Source: Saprospiraceae bacterium (GTDB taxonomy: Bacteria > Bacteroidota > Bacteroidia > Chitinophagales > Saprospiraceae). Taken from it: 64,000 nucleotides of DNA. The stretch is taken from NCBI GenBank assembly GCA_965223215.1, contig CBDCVZ010000010.1, positions 6,912,453 through 6,976,452 of the forward strand, in the 5' to 3' direction. The position numbers and the translations under genes were made by a program. This document shows, in pieces, positions 17,869 to 26,502 of this stretch (the first letter of the stretch is position 1; every line of letters starts with the position of its first letter). Below the pieces are notes generated by a model. The model ran no database searches and was not told where the DNA came from. It saw only the letters and a program-made list of their open reading frames with translations.

Positions 17869-19350
17869 ATGAAAAACTCAGTATCAATATTATTAGTTGC
17901 CGGCATTGTCATCCTATTAAATGTTTTATCCAAGCAATTGTTTTTTCGCATTGATCTCACCCAAGGCAAGCAGTATACGCTGAGCAAGGCGTCAAAAGAT
18001 ATCCTGAAGAATTTGGATGATCCCGTGACGGTGAAAGCCTATTTTTCAAAAGATCTTCCACCCAATGTGGCCAAAACAAAGCGCGACTTTCAAGAAATGT
18101 TAATTGAGTACAGCAATATTTCTAAAGGGGACGTCGATTATGAGTTTGTCAATCCCAATGATGATCCGATGGTAGAACAGGAAGCCATTCAGAATGGGAT
18201 TTCTCCCGTCATGATCAATGTACGCGAGAAGGATCAGGTGAAACAGCAAAAGGCTTTTCTGGGCGCCATCGTTAAAATGGGAGAGCAGCAGGAGGTAATT
18301 CCCTTCGTTCAACCCGGAGGCGCCATGGAATATTCTCTTACCACCAGCATCAAAAAATTATCAGTCCTGGACAAGCCTTCCATCGCACTTATTCAAGGGC
18401 ATGGTGAACCAGGACTGCAAGAGCTGTCTCAAGCGGTACAGTCCTTAAGTGTATTGTATAATGTGGAACCAGTGGATCTCAACACTGCATCGCTAGAACC
18501 ACGGTTTAAGACGGCAGCACTGGTTGGGCCCAAAGACACGATGCGCACGCAGGACTTTGCCAAGCTGGATGAGTTTCTCGCCAGAGGAGGACATCTTTTT
18601 GTCGCCTTTGATAGAGTGAATGGTGACCTTTCAAATGCAAGTGGGTCGGCGATCGACATTGGACTAGTGGGCTGGTTGGCAAGTAAGGGAATTCAGGTGG
18701 ATGACAGTTTTGTCACCGATGCCAGCTGTGGAAACGTCACCGTTCAGCAACGTAATGGTTTCCTCACCTTCAACACCCAGGTAAGTTTTCCATTTTTACC
18801 GGTGGTTAAATCTTTTGCCGAACATCCTATTACCGAGGGACTAGAGCAAGTCATTTTTGAATTTGCCAGCCCAATCCGCTTTACCGGTGACAGTTCTTCC
18901 AATTTTACACCCATTGTTACCTCCTCTGAAAAGGCTGGTTCAGTGAAGGTTCCCACCTACTTTGATGTTAATAAACAGTGGACCGACGCTGACTTTCCCC
19001 AATCAAATCTTCCGATTGGTGCCCTGGTTGAAAACATGCAAAATAATTCTAAGTTGATGGTATTTAGTGATGGCAGTTTTCCCGTCAGTGGTCAACGCGG
19101 TCAAAATCCAGACAATGTTAGCCTGATGGTCAATAGCATTGATTGGCTATCAGACGATACTGGCCTAATAGAATTGCGAACCAAGGGAGTATCGTCACGT
19201 CCAATCGAAGACCTGGATGATGGACGGAGATCTTTCCTCAAGTATTTAAATTTTCTGCTGCCCATTGGCTTGATATTAATCTATGGATTTTTCCGCAACC
19301 AAAAGGGAAAAAATTTACGTCTGCGCAGAATGCAAGAACGCTGGGTTTAA
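17869..19350 (+). CDS. gldG: GldG-like ABC-transporter auxiliary component
   Basis: 493 aa with N- and C-terminal TM anchors flanking a large periplasmic domain. Its position after the ABC-2 permease matches GldG-family architecture. Confidence 0.65.
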   Translation: MKNSVSILLVAGIVILLNVLSKQLFFRIDLTQGKQYTLSKASKDILKNLDDPVTVKAYFSKDLPPNVAKTKRDFQEMLIEYSNISKGDVDYEFVNPNDDPMVEQEAIQNGISPVMINVREKDQVKQQKAFLGAIVKMGEQQEVIPFVQPGGAMEYSLTTSIKKLSVLDKPSIALIQGHGEPGLQELSQAVQSLSVLYNVEPVDLNTASLEPRFKTAALVGPKDTMRTQDFAKLDEFLARGGHLFVAFDRVNGDLSNASGSAIDIGLVGWLASKGIQVDDSFVTDASCGNVTVQQRNGFLTFNTQVSFPFLPVVKSFAEHPITEGLEQVIFEFASPIRFTGDSSSNFTPIVTSSEKAGSVKVPTYFDVNKQWTDADFPQSNLPIGALVENMQNNSKLMVFSDGSFPVSGQRGQNPDNVSLMVNSIDWLSDDTGLIELRTKGVSSRPIEDLDDGRRSFLKYLNFLLPIGLILIYGFFRNQKGKNLRLRRMQERWV

Positions 19351-19375
19351 TTATTATTTCGATAAAAATTAAGGC

Positions 19376-20320
19376 ATGAAAATCAATAATAAAACGCTTG
19401 GAATTGCTTTCGTGGCATTGCTCGTATTATATTTTGCTACCAAGTTTATTGGTGGAAATAAAGAACGAAGTTTTGATCCACAAATATTGTCTATCGATAC
19501 CAGTCAAGTGACAAAAGTCGTGATCGATCCTGCCAATGATGAATTGCCTTTCGAACTTGAAAAGACTGGGAGTGGGTGGTCTCTGACTAAAGACGGCAAA
19601 CAATTTGGTGCCACCACCAGTAGTGTCCATGGATTATTGGGAAATTTGCAAAATGTTAAGGCTGAACGTGTTGTTTCTAAAAACCCAGATCGGTACAGCG
19701 ATTATAGTGTAGATGACACCACGGGAACTCGCATTGAGCTTTTTGCAGGCTCCAAGAAACTGGGTGATGTCGTGGTAGGCCGATTTAATTTTAATCAGGC
19801 TACTCGAAGTGGAATTTCATATTTACGTCTCAAAGACAGTGAGTCTGTATTTTCAGTAGATGGTTTCTTGAGTATGAGTCTTTCTCAGGGAGCAGATAAT
19901 TATCGAAATAAGAGTATTACCAGCCTAAATTCAGAAGATATTACACGAATTACCTTGGAGGATGGTTCGATGAGTCGAAGCTATAGTTCTGTCGGAACAT
20001 CTTGGCAAGATGAGTCCGGAACACCCATCGACTCGGCTAAGATGGTTTCTTATCTGAACAACATTCGATCTGTGAGTGGGGTGGATTTTCTTGATGATCC
20101 AACCTCTCAAATGGGAGACAAGGTTAATACCTTGCGTATTGAAGGGAATAATATGGTCCAACCCCTCGAAGTAAACATTTATACTTCTCAGGATACCAGT
20201 CATCATTTTGTCGTTCACTCCTCGGCCAATGCGGAGGGATATTTTTTTACGGACAGTAGTGCCGTCTATAAGAGACTAATCACCTCATTTGAAGAGCCAC
20301 GCCAAGCCGAAGAGGAATAA
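19376..20320 (+). CDS. DUF4340-like protein (N-terminally anchored)
   Basis: 314 aa with a single N-terminal TM. The position after a GldG-like gene matches the common GldG + DUF4340 pairing. Confidence 0.55.
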   Translation: MKINNKTLGIAFVALLVLYFATKFIGGNKERSFDPQILSIDTSQVTKVVIDPANDELPFELEKTGSGWSLTKDGKQFGATTSSVHGLLGNLQNVKAERVVSKNPDRYSDYSVDDTTGTRIELFAGSKKLGDVVVGRFNFNQATRSGISYLRLKDSESVFSVDGFLSMSLSQGADNYRNKSITSLNSEDITRITLEDGSMSRSYSSVGTSWQDESGTPIDSAKMVSYLNNIRSVSGVDFLDDPTSQMGDKVNTLRIEGNNMVQPLEVNIYTSQDTSHHFVVHSSANAEGYFFTDSSAVYKRLITSFEEPRQAEEE

Positions 20321-20542
20321 CTGGGTAAACCTGGACGATCTATCTTGGCATCACGTTACGGGTCCTTGTTAGTTTATATCTGGCTCCGCTTTGACAAATC
20401 TTTTGTAGTGGCATCCGATGAAAAATAGTCTTAGACTATCGTCTGAGTGTGACGAAAGAAGGCAGCAACCCTCCAGTTACTGCCTTGTTGAACCCTGACA
20501 TTACATTATGAAAACGATGGTTTTTGAGGTGGCTGCAAAGAC

Positions 20543-21226
20543 CTAATCTCCTTCGTCTCTACATGCATCTTTTAGTGCTTCTAATTCTTCACTGCTGGCT
20601 ACTTCGGTTTCCACGCCATCTTTGTCAGCTACGGTGATGGGGAACACCAGTGAAGGTCGCTGGTCGGAATCTGGATTAGCTGCTTTCCAAGCTCTCACGG
20701 TCTGTTTCAATTCTTTTCTGTTTGCAACTTCGTGCTGGGTGTCATCTGGGAGCTCGATGGTTACCGGAAATACGAGTTTAAAGCAGAAATTTCTTCCTCG
20801 GTGATGTAAACGGTGTCTAATTCTTGCTCGACGGCAACGCTTGCGCAATGCGCGCAATTCTTCACCAGACGAAACAGAAATAATATTTCCTTGCATATCT
20901 ACAACCTCTAATGGGAAGCCCAACGCTGGTTTTTCTTCAGCTTCCGGATTAGCCTCTCGAAATGCCTTAATGGCCTCGCGAAGGCTCTCATAATCCTCGA
21001 CACTCAATGAACTCCCGTCTGGGAAATTGACGGTGATCGGGAATACGAATTCAAAGCAGCCTCCACGGCCACACCTGCTGGAATCTTGCATATCAGCAAC
21101 CACCTCGTCGGTATAGTTTTCTATGTCCTCGATGACAATGGAATCTTCTTTATTGCAGGCTGTAAAAGCAATAGCTACCGCCATGAGACAGATTGCGATC
21201 ACCGATTTCATCATTTGCTTGATCAT
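20543..21226 (-). CDS. lipoprotein with two ~75-aa tandem repeats (hypothetical)
   Basis: Lipobox AFTAC. Repeat 1 is CFEFVFPITVNFPDG...ANPEAEEKPALGFPLEVVD...SSGEELRALRKRC. Repeat 2 is CFKLVFPVTIELPDD...ANPDSDQRPSLVFPITVAD...SSEELEALKDAC. A basic linker RRARIRHRLHHRGR joins them. The start is ambiguous (Met at 21265/21226/21214/21211). Confidence 0.6.
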   Translation of the reverse strand: MIKQMMKSVIAICLMAVAIAFTACNKEDSIVIEDIENYTDEVVADMQDSSRCGRGGCFEFVFPITVNFPDGSSLSVEDYESLREAIKAFREANPEAEEKPALGFPLEVVDMQGNIISVSSGEELRALRKRCRRARIRHRLHHRGRNFCFKLVFPVTIELPDDTQHEVANRKELKQTVRAWKAANPDSDQRPSLVFPITVADKDGVETEVASSEELEALKDACRDEGD

Positions 21227-21400
21227 AAGTTTTAATTTTTTAGTTTGGAAAAATGATGTTTTCAAAGGGATAAGTACAGACAGTCAAAAATGTACTGATG
21301 GCCAAATGTTAATTCTTTCTTAATTTCAATAATGATCCTAATCTTCCCACAAACTCTTGCGTAATCTACCTTGATTGAAGTGGACCCTCACTGACCTTTC

Positions 21401-22021
21401 ATGAATGATTCAATAAATAGTCCGGTCGTAGGAGAAAAGGATGATGACACGAAATTGTGGGCGGCCCTAAAAGCTGGTGATCAAACTGCACTTAAGGGAA
21501 TCTACGAGTCACATATAGGTGCATTACTTCAGTATGGTAAGCGGTTTTCTCGTGATTCGCAACAGATTGAAGACTGTATCCATGATTTGTTTGTCAACCT
21601 GTGGAAGAACCGAACGGGCTTGGGCATGACCGACTCGATTCGGCGATACCTGCTGGTCGCATTAAGACGAAGTATCATACGTAAAGTTGGAAAATCAAAC
21701 AAGACCAAAGACTTACCTGAGGAAGATCAGCTGCAGATCTCATTTGAGGGATGCATTGAGACGAGTATGATTAGGGCCGAAACCTCACAAGCCGAGCAGG
21801 AAGAGCTTGCTCATGCCATGAGTCAGCTAACGGCAAGGCAGCAGGAAGCCATCTACCTGCGGTATCACAAGGACTTAGCTTATGAGGATATCGCCAAAAT
21901 TATGGAGATCAACTATCAATCGGTTCGAAACTTGGTATTTAATGGAATTGTGCAGTTGAGGAAGCTTATGATGATCCTGGCATGGGTAGCCAACCAGCTA
22001 TTGCAGGGCATGAATTTTTGA
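21401..22021 (+). CDS. RNA polymerase ECF-type sigma-70 family factor
   Basis: 206 aa. Region 2 (DCIHDLFVNLWKN) and region 4 HTH (LTARQQEAIYLRYHKDLAYEDIAKIMEINYQSVRNLVFNG) are present. A FecR-like anti-sigma and a TonB-dependent receptor lie downstream. Confidence 0.85.
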   Translation: MNDSINSPVVGEKDDDTKLWAALKAGDQTALKGIYESHIGALLQYGKRFSRDSQQIEDCIHDLFVNLWKNRTGLGMTDSIRRYLLVALRRSIIRKVGKSNKTKDLPEEDQLQISFEGCIETSMIRAETSQAEQEELAHAMSQLTARQQEAIYLRYHKDLAYEDIAKIMEINYQSVRNLVFNGIVQLRKLMMILAWVANQLLQGMNF

Positions 22022-22088
22022 AAATCAGGGAAACTATGAGTACAAAATATAGATGATGGTCTTATTACTATAATTAAAGCAGCTGAAT

Positions 22089-22547
22089 ATGAGAGCAATT
22101 GGCTATTTATTCTTTGCAGTTTGCCTGTTGGGTTGCACGAAGGAGCATGGTGTTTCCATTTCAATTGATCCGGCGTTCTTGCCCTACTTTGAAAGCTTTC
22201 GAGCAGCTGGTGAGGTGCGCGGGGTCAAGGTCAATTTTGAGCTAGAGGGGATTCAGGGTGTGTTTGGAGATGTGGACGATGGAGTCAGTGCGCAGTGCCA
22301 GCATCGGACCGGTGCTGCAGACCAAGTCGTCATTGATCGGGCCTATTGGAATATGGCCACCACCATCGAGAGAGAGTTTTTAATTTTTCACGAACTCGGT
22401 CATTGCTATCTAAATCGGGGTCATTTGGATGATCGTACACCTCAGGGACATTGCTTAAGTATTATGCATTCAAGTGCGCAGTCTTGTAACAATAATTATG
22501 ATGTGAATACACGGGAGAAATTTTGGGATGAATTATTTTCTGATTGA
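22089..22547 (+). CDS. small lipoprotein with zinc-metallopeptidase motif (HExxH plus Met-turn-like SIMH)
   Basis: 152 aa with lipobox LLGC. HELGHCYLNRGH is at nt 22389-22424, and CLSIMHS lies 11 residues further on. It sits between the ECF sigma and FecR genes. Confidence 0.55.
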   Translation: MRAIGYLFFAVCLLGCTKEHGVSISIDPAFLPYFESFRAAGEVRGVKVNFELEGIQGVFGDVDDGVSAQCQHRTGAADQVVIDRAYWNMATTIEREFLIFHELGHCYLNRGHLDDRTPQGHCLSIMHSSAQSCNNNYDVNTREKFWDELFSD

Positions 22548-22749
22548 AACACTATTTTTTTGGAAATTGACAAATCAGTATCAATCATTCTTGGGGGGAG
22601 ATCTCACAGCGTGCTTGATTTAATAGTTTTTGGTAAAGTTCAAAAAACCAATGATCAAGGAGTACTTTTGATTTTGCAACACTTAACCAAACATGGTGGG
22701 AAGCAGCAGCAATTTATCAACAGGTGGTGTTCTTAAGTAGCAATACACG

Positions 22750-23718
22750 ATGAAGGATATTTACCAGTCATACGATGTGGAAGCACTGGCTTCAGACCCC
22801 GACTTCATTCAATCGGTCGTGAACAGCACAACGGACACTGAGCGAATATGGTCTGAGTGGTTGCACCTTCATCCCGATCGACGGCCAGTAGTAGAGGCGG
22901 CACGAAAACTAGTGCTTCAACTTCAATTTCAGCACTTCGAAGACAAGGCAGCGGAGGCACGAATTTGGAATCGGATCGAGGCCTCTACTAAAGTGAAGCC
23001 CCTGAAGGTAACATCGCACCGCGCCTTATCACGGAGGTTTTTCATCACGGCCTTTGCTGCCGGACTGGCAATCCTTGTATTTTTTCAATTCCTATTAAAT
23101 GCTCAGACTAATATTGAGACGGAACCAGGTTCTGATTTGGTTTATCAATTGCCAGATGAGTCCAAGGTGCATCTAAATGACGGTAGTTTCTTACGATTTA
23201 GTGAGCGGAAGTATCCAAATGATCGAACCCTTACCCTTGATGGAGAAGCCTTTTTTGATGTTAGAAAGGGCGAGCAATTTGTAATCCAGACAGCGTTGGG
23301 TGAAGTGAGCGTATTGGGGACCAGCTTTAATGTCTTCAGTCGCGATCAGAGATTTGAGGTACGTTGTTTTACGGGTAAGATTAAGGTATCGATCGGAGGA
23401 CAAGAAGTCATATTAAATCCCGGTCAGGTCTACAGTACATCTTTTGCTGACAGTGAGCCACAGACCTTCAGTTTGGCAGACTACGAGGATTGGAGAAAGG
23501 GCGTTTTTAAATTCGAATCCAGGCCATTATTGGAGGTAATCCATGAATTAGAAAGGCAATTTGACCTTAGCATTGATCTCGATGAATCCATATCGGATTT
23601 GCACTACACGGGATTTTTTATGAGTGATGACCTAGATAAAGCGTTATACAATATCAGTTGGCCGCTCAAGTTATCTGTGAAGAGAGAAAAAAACAAGATA
23701 TCGATCAGCCAAGACTAG
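22750..23718 (+). CDS. FecR family anti-sigma factor / sigma regulator
   Basis: 322 aa. N-terminal cytoplasmic part, a TM helix (FFITAFAAGLAILVFFQFLL), and a periplasmic FecR domain pattern (LPDGSKVHLNDGSFLRF...LDGEAFFDV...VLGTSFNV). Confidence 0.85.
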   Translation: MKDIYQSYDVEALASDPDFIQSVVNSTTDTERIWSEWLHLHPDRRPVVEAARKLVLQLQFQHFEDKAAEARIWNRIEASTKVKPLKVTSHRALSRRFFITAFAAGLAILVFFQFLLNAQTNIETEPGSDLVYQLPDESKVHLNDGSFLRFSERKYPNDRTLTLDGEAFFDVRKGEQFVIQTALGEVSVLGTSFNVFSRDQRFEVRCFTGKIKVSIGGQEVILNPGQVYSTSFADSEPQTFSLADYEDWRKGVFKFESRPLLEVIHELERQFDLSIDLDESISDLHYTGFFMSDDLDKALYNISWPLKLSVKREKNKISISQD

Positions 23719-26393
23719 ACGTTGGGTTAGCCTCCCTAATCTTTCTGGATGGGCGGAAGAAATGTCTCTTGACGTTGTTGCTGACGTGTGCTCTGTCTTG
23801 TGCTTGCGCGCAGGTAGCAAATACAATAGGGCCCTATCAGATCAAAATCGAATTGCATGATGATCTTGCTTCCATCATTGCGAAGTTCGCCTCCCGCAAT
23901 AGAATTCATTTTGCTTATTCACCAGCAATATCAAACTTAACCCCAAGTAAATATGGCCTTATTCATGGTCCAGATCCAGCCTCTATTTTACGCGATCTCT
24001 ACTCCAATCGACTAGATCTGAAATCGGTAGAAGACAACCAAATACTAATCCGGTCAGTCTCGGAGTCGGGCCCAAGATCTCCGGTCGGTTCAGTTGAGAT
24101 TAAAGTGATGGATCAAGAGACATCAGTTCCGATTTCTGATGTCATTGTCTCCACCAGTACCAACCAGCAATCTTTAACCGATCATGACGGCTATGCCAGT
24201 TTGACCGGGTTGAAAGATGACGATCTCATTTATTTTAATTGCATCGGATTTCACGCCAAGGCGCTGCGATGGCTTGAAATGAAAACCAACCCAATTGTGA
24301 CGCTGCACCCTGATCCAATTGAAATCGATCCGGTCCTTGTCGTGGGCCAATTACCAAAAAAAATAGCAAATGCCAGCTATCATTTATCACCGGGCAGCAT
24401 GCAGAATTTATTCGCATTAGGTGGAGTAGCCGGCAGAGATGTATTGAAAGCAATTCAGTTTTTGCCGGGTGTTCGTGCCGATGACGACTTGAGTGCCGAG
24501 ATTAAGATCCGTGGTAGTGATGCTTCAGAGACCCTGGTGATTTTGGATGGCATCCCAATTCACAAATCCGAACATTATTACGGCATCTTTGGTAGCATAA
24601 ATTCAGATTACATCGTGGATTTTGATTTGTATAGAAATCTAGTCCCCATAGAATATGGAGGCAAGACCAGTGGTTTATTGAGCCTTGCTTCGGAGAAAGA
24701 TATTGCAAAATTTGAAGGCACTTTGGAGTCCAATTTGATTTTTTCGACACTCTCTTTGAAAGCGCCTGTAAACGATAAATGGTCTTTTACGTTAGGAGGA
24801 AGAGCGACCTATTTCAACGCAGCCCAGAGCCAAACTTTCGATTTCATTTCCAATCGCCAGGAAGCATATCGAGCAGAGACCCAGGGAATCAGCCGGCAAC
24901 GCCTCATTCAAAGTACTCCATTATTTAATTTTTTTGATGCCAATGCACGCCTCTTGTTTCAACCAAGCTCGCAAACTCAACTAGATGTCAATTTTTTTAT
25001 GAGTCAGGATCATTTTGAAAACGACTACGATCTTGTTTTTCTGACCTCCCTATTGAATATCGAAAGAGAGGCTCGTGAGATCTCAACAAATTTGGAAGAT
25101 TGGAGTAATCTGGGCATGAGTATGAATTTACGTCACCGAGTGTCGGATAATGTACGTTTATTCGGTACGATCTACTCGAGCTCTTTTGATAATAGGACTA
25201 GTATCAGGAGTCAGTTGAGACAACCACAAGACAAGAGGCATAGTTTTTCAAATGAACAGTTCAACCAAATTTCTGAGCAAGGCGGGTTTTTATATCTGGA
25301 AAATTTCAATGCGAAGATTCCCTGGAAAATTGGATTTTCCTCAAAGAATTTGACGACAGAGTTTACTCTTAGTGAAGACGAAAGCCAGATTTTGACCTTA
25401 GAAAATGAATTTTGGTCTACCAGCGGTTTTGCTGAGATGTCCGTGAAGCTGGGAAAATTTAATTGGACATTAGGAGGGCGTCTGACCAACTACACCGGCA
25501 CCCAATCCTTCCTTTTAGATCCTCAAAGCATCCTAACTTACTCACTAGGAAATAAGTGGATATTAAAAGGTTCACTGAGCTACGCACATCAATTTGTTAG
25601 AGAGCTGAATTATGAGAATAGATTGACTCAGTCCTTTGACTATTTTGTGCTGGCGGATAATATGAATTTCCCAGTGGGTACTTCATTTAATTTGATGATG
25701 GGTACGCGTTATCAAAAAGGATTACTCACCTTTGATCTGGAATTTTACCAGAGGAAACTCGACGGAGTCCTGGAGTATGCCTTGCGAACCCCAGGTTTTG
25801 GTGAAGCAGTCGGCCCATCCGAAAGGAGGGACTATGCCATCTTTACGGGAACCGGCTTAGTGATTGGAATGGATGCTCTCTTGAGTCTGAAACTAGGAAA
25901 CTACCAGGCTAATTTAGCTTATACGCTCAGTGAAAATACCAGGCGGTTGCGGGCGGTGCGAAAAAATATGACATTTCCCTCTGAAGATGATCGACGACAC
26001 CAGGTTAAGTGGTCGAATTCCCTTTCTCTTGGAAGATTCACTTTGTCGGCTAATGTGGTCTACAGCAGCGGTAGACCCTATCTTGATTTAGCCCAATTAG
26101 AAGTTGCTCAAGACCGCAGACAATTTAGTGAGCGGAGTTTCCTATCTCGGTTACCTAGTTATCAACGCTTAGATGTGGGATTGATGCGAGATTTTACAAT
26201 TTTTGAGAAGAAGCTGCAATTGGAAATTTCTTGTTTTAACATATTAGATCGTGCTAATGTAAAATACATTCAGTACATCTATGCCGTGCCCTCTTCGGGC
26301 TCTGGTCACCAAGGGGTAGAGCGCAATGTGGTGGGCACCGAGGCCGGTCTCTTGCCCCGGACGATTAATGCCAGTTTGCGCTTGGAGTTTTGA
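23658..26393 (+). CDS. TonB-dependent receptor (transducer type: STN-like + carboxypeptidase-regulatory-like + plug + barrel)
   Basis: Signal peptide LLTLLLTCALSCACAQ, an STN-like segment (IIAKFASRNRIHFAYSP), a CarbopepD_reg-like segment (VEIKVMDQETSVPISDVIV), plug motifs (IRGS..ETLVILDGIP), a long beta-barrel and terminal LRLEF. The start is uncertain; the only canonical start overlaps fecR by 61 nt. Confidence 0.8.
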   Translation: MAAQVICEERKKQDIDQPRLDVGLASLIFLDGRKKCLLTLLLTCALSCACAQVANTIGPYQIKIELHDDLASIIAKFASRNRIHFAYSPAISNLTPSKYGLIHGPDPASILRDLYSNRLDLKSVEDNQILIRSVSESGPRSPVGSVEIKVMDQETSVPISDVIVSTSTNQQSLTDHDGYASLTGLKDDDLIYFNCIGFHAKALRWLEMKTNPIVTLHPDPIEIDPVLVVGQLPKKIANASYHLSPGSMQNLFALGGVAGRDVLKAIQFLPGVRADDDLSAEIKIRGSDASETLVILDGIPIHKSEHYYGIFGSINSDYIVDFDLYRNLVPIEYGGKTSGLLSLASEKDIAKFEGTLESNLIFSTLSLKAPVNDKWSFTLGGRATYFNAAQSQTFDFISNRQEAYRAETQGISRQRLIQSTPLFNFFDANARLLFQPSSQTQLDVNFFMSQDHFENDYDLVFLTSLLNIEREAREISTNLEDWSNLGMSMNLRHRVSDNVRLFGTIYSSSFDNRTSIRSQLRQPQDKRHSFSNEQFNQISEQGGFLYLENFNAKIPWKIGFSSKNLTTEFTLSEDESQILTLENEFWSTSGFAEMSVKLGKFNWTLGGRLTNYTGTQSFLLDPQSILTYSLGNKWILKGSLSYAHQFVRELNYENRLTQSFDYFVLADNMNFPVGTSFNLMMGTRYQKGLLTFDLEFYQRKLDGVLEYALRTPGFGEAVGPSERRDYAIFTGTGLVIGMDALLSLKLGNYQANLAYTLSENTRRLRAVRKNMTFPSEDDRRHQVKWSNSLSLGRFTLSANVVYSSGRPYLDLAQLEVAQDRRQFSERSFLSRLPSYQRLDVGLMRDFTIFEKKLQLEISCFNILDRANVKYIQYIYAVPSSGSGHQGVERNVVGTEAGLLPRTINASLRLEF

Positions 26394-26502
26394 GCACTTG
26401 GTTCATTCTGCTTTGATCTATCTAAACACTTCCCAGACTTTCACCACAGGTGCCAGATTAGTTGGCCAGGCCATCTTCCTCCACAACATTTATCTGGATG
26501 GA

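Noticed and set aside
20470-20500. A 7-bp hairpin (aaggcag...ctgcctt) between the convergent DUF4340 and lipoprotein genes, as a possible terminator.
   Set aside because: The stem is short, the loop is 14 nt and there is no flanking U/A tract. This is too weak to call.
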